Assembly: GCA_014190275.1 (NCBI GenBank)
Contig: BJGE01000003.1
Coordinates: 10,258-74,257, forward strand
Source of the DNA: Actinomycetes bacterium
Lineage (GTDB): Bacteria > Actinomycetota > Actinomycetes > S36-B12
Length of the DNA stretch: 64,000 nt
Direction: 5' to 3'
The notes beneath the pieces are model-generated. The model did no database searches. It saw nothing but the letters and a program-made list of their open reading frames with translations, and had not been told where the DNA came from. Below are positions 61,239 through 64,000 of the stretch, piece by piece. The translations under genes were made by a program, and so were the position numbers. Within the stretch, counting starts at the first letter, position 1. Each line of letters opens with the position of its first letter.

Positions 61239-62075
61239 ATGACCGTCGTGCGTGCCGCCCTCGTCCAGACCAATTGGACCGGCGATAAAGAGTCCATGAT
61301 CGCGGCCCATGAGGACTACTCCCGCCAAGCCGCGGCGCAGGGGGCGCAGGTGATCTGCTTCCAGGAGCTGTTCTACGGCCCGTATTTTTGTCAGGTCCAA
61401 GATACGAAGTTCTATGAGTACGCCGAGGCCATCCCCGGCCCGACCACCGAGCGGTTCCAGAAATTGGCTAAGGAACTCAATATGGTCATGGTGCTGCCAA
61501 TGTACGAAGCAGAGCAGCCCGGAGTCCTCTACAACACAGCTGCGGTTGTCGACGCTGATGGCACTTATCTCGGCAAGTACCGTAAGCAGCACATTCCACA
61601 TGTCAATGGCTTCTGGGAGAAGTTCTACTTCCGTCCGGGTAATGGTGGCTACCCCGTTTTCGACACGGCAGTTGGCAAGATCGGCGTCTACATCTGCTAT
61701 GACCGGCACTTCCCCGAGGGCTGGCGTGCGCTCGGCCTCAATGGGGCGCAGATCGTCTTTAACCCGTCGGCCACTTCGCGCGGACTCTCGCAGTACCTGT
61801 GGAGTATTGAGCAACCCGCTGCGGCGGTGGCGAACGAGTACTACGTGGGGGCCATCAACCGGGTGGGGATCGAGGACCTCGGCGATGACGACTTCTATGG
61901 CCAGTCCTACTTCATCGACCCAGAAGGCCAGTACGTTGGCGAGAAAGGCGACCCATATCAGCCCGAGCTAATAGTTCGCGACCTCGACATGGATTTGATC
62001 ACGACCGTGCGAAACCGGTGGGCGTTCTACCGTGACCGCCGACCGGAGGCCTACGAGGACCTTGTCCGCAGATAG
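61239..62075 (+). CDS. Nitrilase-superfamily beta-ureidopropionase (beta-alanine synthase-like)
   Basis: The 278-aa ORF has the Glu-Lys-Cys triad contexts CFQELF, YRKQHIP and ICYDRHFPE. Long collinear similarity to eukaryote-type UPB1 is recalled from memory (GPTTxRFxKLAK, FNPSAT..LS..LW.IE, INRVG). A strong AGGAGG Shine-Dalgarno sequence is present. Confidence 0.82.
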   Translation: MTVVRAALVQTNWTGDKESMIAAHEDYSRQAAAQGAQVICFQELFYGPYFCQVQDTKFYEYAEAIPGPTTERFQKLAKELNMVMVLPMYEAEQPGVLYNTAAVVDADGTYLGKYRKQHIPHVNGFWEKFYFRPGNGGYPVFDTAVGKIGVYICYDRHFPEGWRALGLNGAQIVFNPSATSRGLSQYLWSIEQPAAAVANEYYVGAINRVGIEDLGDDDFYGQSYFIDPEGQYVGEKGDPYQPELIVRDLDMDLITTVRNRWAFYRDRRPEAYEDLVRR

Positions 62076-62092
62076 CACAGCTAGGAGACCCC

Positions 62093-63511
62093 ATGACGAC
62101 CTTGATCAAGAACGGCAGCGTGGTTTCACCCCAGGGCACCAGCAAAGCCGATGTGCTGATCGACGGTGAGCGCATTGCGGCGGTCTTGGCGCCTGGTGAC
62201 AACGCTCTAGGGGCCGGTCTTGCGGGCAGTGTCGATCAAATTATTGATGCCGACGGCAAATACGTAATTCCCGGTGGTGTCGATTGCCATACGCACATGG
62301 AGCTCCCGTTCGGTGGCACATTCGTGTCGGACACCTTCGAAACCGGCACTCGTGCAGCCGCCTGGGGTGGAACCACCACCATCATCGATTTCTCGGTGCA
62401 GACCTTTGGCACGCGCGTTCAAGATTCACTATCTGCCTGGTTTGAGAAAGCGGCAGGTAATTGCCATATTGACTACGGGTTCCACCAGATCATCGGCGGG
62501 GTCGATGATGACTCCCTTAAGGCAATGGATGAGTTAGTCGACGAGGGCATCACCAGCTTCAAATTATTCATGGCTTATCCAGGTGTATTCCTAAGTGACG
62601 ACGGCCAGATCGTGCGCGCAATGCAAACTGCGGCAAATAACGGCGCCATGATTATGATGCATGCCGAAAACGGGACCGCCATTGATCTTTTGGTAAGCCA
62701 GGCACTTGCCGCCGGCAACACCGACCCGATGTACCACTCACTAACCCGCCCGTGGCAAACCGAATCCGAGGCTACCAATCGCGCGGTGATGCTCGCGCAC
62801 CTGACCGGCGCGCCGCTTTACATAGTGCACATGTCGGCAAAGCAAGCCGTCGAGGTCGTGCAGCGAGCACGCGATGGTGGACAGAACGTCTTTGGTGAGA
62901 CTTGTCCGCAATATTTATATCTGTCTCTGGAAGACCAATTAATGCAACCGGGTTTCGAAGGTGCGAAGTGGGTCTGCTCGACCCCGCTGCGATCCAAAGC
63001 CGAAGGCCATCAAGAAGAACTCTGGCGCTACCTGCGTACCAACGACCTCTCGGTGGTAAGCACCGACCACTGTCCATTTTGCTTCAAGGAGCAAAAGGAG
63101 ATTGGGCTAGGTAATTTCTCAAAGATTCCCAATGGCATCGGTTCGGTCGAACACCGCATGGATCTGATCTACCAGGGTGTCGTCGATGGCCAGATCTCGG
63201 TTGAGCGGTGGGTCGAATTGTGCTCGACCACCCCAGCCCGCATGTTCGGCCTCTACCCACGCAAGGGCGTGATTGCCCCCGGCTCAGACGCCGATATCGT
63301 TATTTACAACCCGGTTGGGCGCACCGAGATTGGGTTCCACAAGACCCACCACATGAACATGGACCATTCGGCTTGGGAGGGTTTTGTCATTGATGGCCAT
63401 GTCGACACCGTGCTCTCGCGCGGCAAGGTGGTTGTCCAGAACAACGAATACAAAGGAGTGAAGGGTCACGGGCAATATCTCAGGCGTGGGCTTTCGCAAT
63501 ACCTGATTTGA
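62093..63511 (+). CDS. Dihydropyrimidinase / D-hydantoinase
   Basis: The 472-aa ORF has the HxH metal motif GGVDCHTHMELP and the carboxylated-Lys context SFKLFMAY. It is a cyclic amidohydrolase. Confidence 0.92.
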   Translation: MTTLIKNGSVVSPQGTSKADVLIDGERIAAVLAPGDNALGAGLAGSVDQIIDADGKYVIPGGVDCHTHMELPFGGTFVSDTFETGTRAAAWGGTTTIIDFSVQTFGTRVQDSLSAWFEKAAGNCHIDYGFHQIIGGVDDDSLKAMDELVDEGITSFKLFMAYPGVFLSDDGQIVRAMQTAANNGAMIMMHAENGTAIDLLVSQALAAGNTDPMYHSLTRPWQTESEATNRAVMLAHLTGAPLYIVHMSAKQAVEVVQRARDGGQNVFGETCPQYLYLSLEDQLMQPGFEGAKWVCSTPLRSKAEGHQEELWRYLRTNDLSVVSTDHCPFCFKEQKEIGLGNFSKIPNGIGSVEHRMDLIYQGVVDGQISVERWVELCSTTPARMFGLYPRKGVIAPGSDADIVIYNPVGRTEIGFHKTHHMNMDHSAWEGFVIDGHVDTVLSRGKVVVQNNEYKGVKGHGQYLRRGLSQYLI

Positions 63512-63549
63512 AGTAAAATCAAATTTTTACAAAGAAACGGAGAATTACT

Positions 63550-64000
63550 GTGCGCGTCATTGACCACTGGATCAACGGGGCCAAGGTGTCGTCAACTTCT
63601 GGGCGCACCAGCCCGGTCTACAACCCCGCCTCGGGTAAGCAACAGGCCAGTGTCGGACTTGCGTCGGTGGCCGAGGTTGACGCAGCAGTTGCCGCGGCGA
63701 AGGAAGCCTTCAAGTTCTGGCGCTTAGCCTCGCTGTCGAAACGCTCGGAGATCATGTTCGCCTTTCGGGAGTTAGCCAATGCGAACCGGGCCAAGATAAT
63801 CGAGTTGGTGTCAATTGAGCACGGCAAAGTCCCAAGCGATGCCGCCGGTGAACTGGCCCGAGGCATGGAGAACATTGAGTTCGCCTGTGGCATTCCCGCT
63901 CTTCTTAAGGGTGGTTTCAGTGAGCAGGTCTCCGGTGGTGTCGACGTCTACTCGATAAAGCAGCCGCTCGGGGTCGTTGCAGGTATCACCCCGTTCAACT
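63550..64000 (+). CDS. mmsA: CoA-acylating (methyl)malonate-semialdehyde dehydrogenase, 3' end beyond window
   Basis: The frame is open from the GTG at 63550 (Shine-Dalgarno ACGGAGAA) to the window end. The translation is VRVIDHWINGAKV...NPASGKQQASVGLASVAEVDAAVAAAKEAF..WR...SIKQPLGVVAGITPFN, typical of MmsA. It is absent from the ORF track because it has no stop in the window. Confidence 0.85.
   Translation, partial: MRVIDHWINGAKVSSTSGRTSPVYNPASGKQQASVGLASVAEVDAAVAAAKEAFKFWRLASLSKRSEIMFAFRELANANRAKIIELVSIEHGKVPSDAAGELARGMENIEFACGIPALLKGGFSEQVSGGVDVYSIKQPLGVVAGITPFN

Noticed and set aside
60854-61297. A 147-aa minus-strand track ORF spanning the large divergent intergenic region, considered as an intact gene
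   Set aside because: Its 5' half crosses the AT-rich promoter-like core with non-coding-looking codons, and its 3' end overlaps the ALDH start by 29 nt. Only the central approximately 60 codons look protein-like, so I report it as a possible relic in the findings rather than as a gene.
61164-61814. A 216-aa minus-strand ORF opposite the beta-ureidopropionase gene. A similar 189-aa plus-strand ORF at 6548..7117 lies opposite the MMPL gene.
   Set aside because: These are shadow ORFs antisense to genes with clear family signatures. They have no motifs of their own.
63512-63549. An AT-rich 38-nt spacer with a gtaaaa-tcaaat-ttttac hairpin between the dihydropyrimidinase gene and mmsA
   Set aside because: An all-A/T 6-bp stem is too unstable for an intrinsic terminator. 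The spacer most likely just carries the mmsA ribosome-binding site (ACGGAGAA).

Overview
This window is a dense, mostly minus-strand, high-GC actinobacterial core-chromosome segment of about 65 genes. GC content was judged by eye, not computed. Gene order follows the conserved Actinomycetes backbone I remember from Mycobacterium tuberculosis Rv2727c-Rv2870c: miaA-miaB, recX-recA, DUF3046, clgR, CinA-C/pgsA/rimO, ftsK, rnj-dapA-thyX, an AGPS-like flavoprotein with glpD, azlCD, dapB, M16 peptidase-pnp-rpsO, ribF, truB-rbfA-infB-ylxR-nusA-rimP, proS and ispG-M50 protease-dxr. The right-hand 15.5 kb (48.5-64 kb) is a nitrogen-scavenging catabolic block. It holds an ALDH with gabT, a saccharopine-dehydrogenase-like enzyme with a ureohydrolase and an FAD oxidase, a potDABC-type polyamine importer with an aminoaldehyde dehydrogenase, and then reductive pyrimidine degradation (nitrilase-type beta-ureidopropionase, dihydropyrimidinase, mmsA). 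I saw no rRNA, tRNA, CRISPR array, IS element or prophage gene. Five things stand out. (1) The syntenic housekeeping proS carries two adjacent in-frame stops (TAG TAA) plus substitutions in the class-II motif-2 region. (2) A tightly packed two-gene cassette sits directly upstream of dxr: a HicA-like small protein followed by a member of the family NCBI calls 'translational machinery protein'. This is my best candidate for an uncharacterised system. (3) A NodH-like sulfotransferase and an MFS gene are inserted between DUF3046 and recA, so the LexA box lies in the last codons of the MFS gene. recA appears to keep both an SOS box and a RecA-NDp/PafBC-type promoter. (4) The 230-nt ylxR-infB spacer contains two different tandem 15-mers, a 10-bp palindrome and a mini-ORF that echoes the infB N-terminus. 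(5) A stop-containing, internally deleted lipoprotein hydrolase remnant lies downstream of an MMPL gene. All calls rest on reading the translated ORFs and recalling motifs. No database search, folding or statistics could be run.
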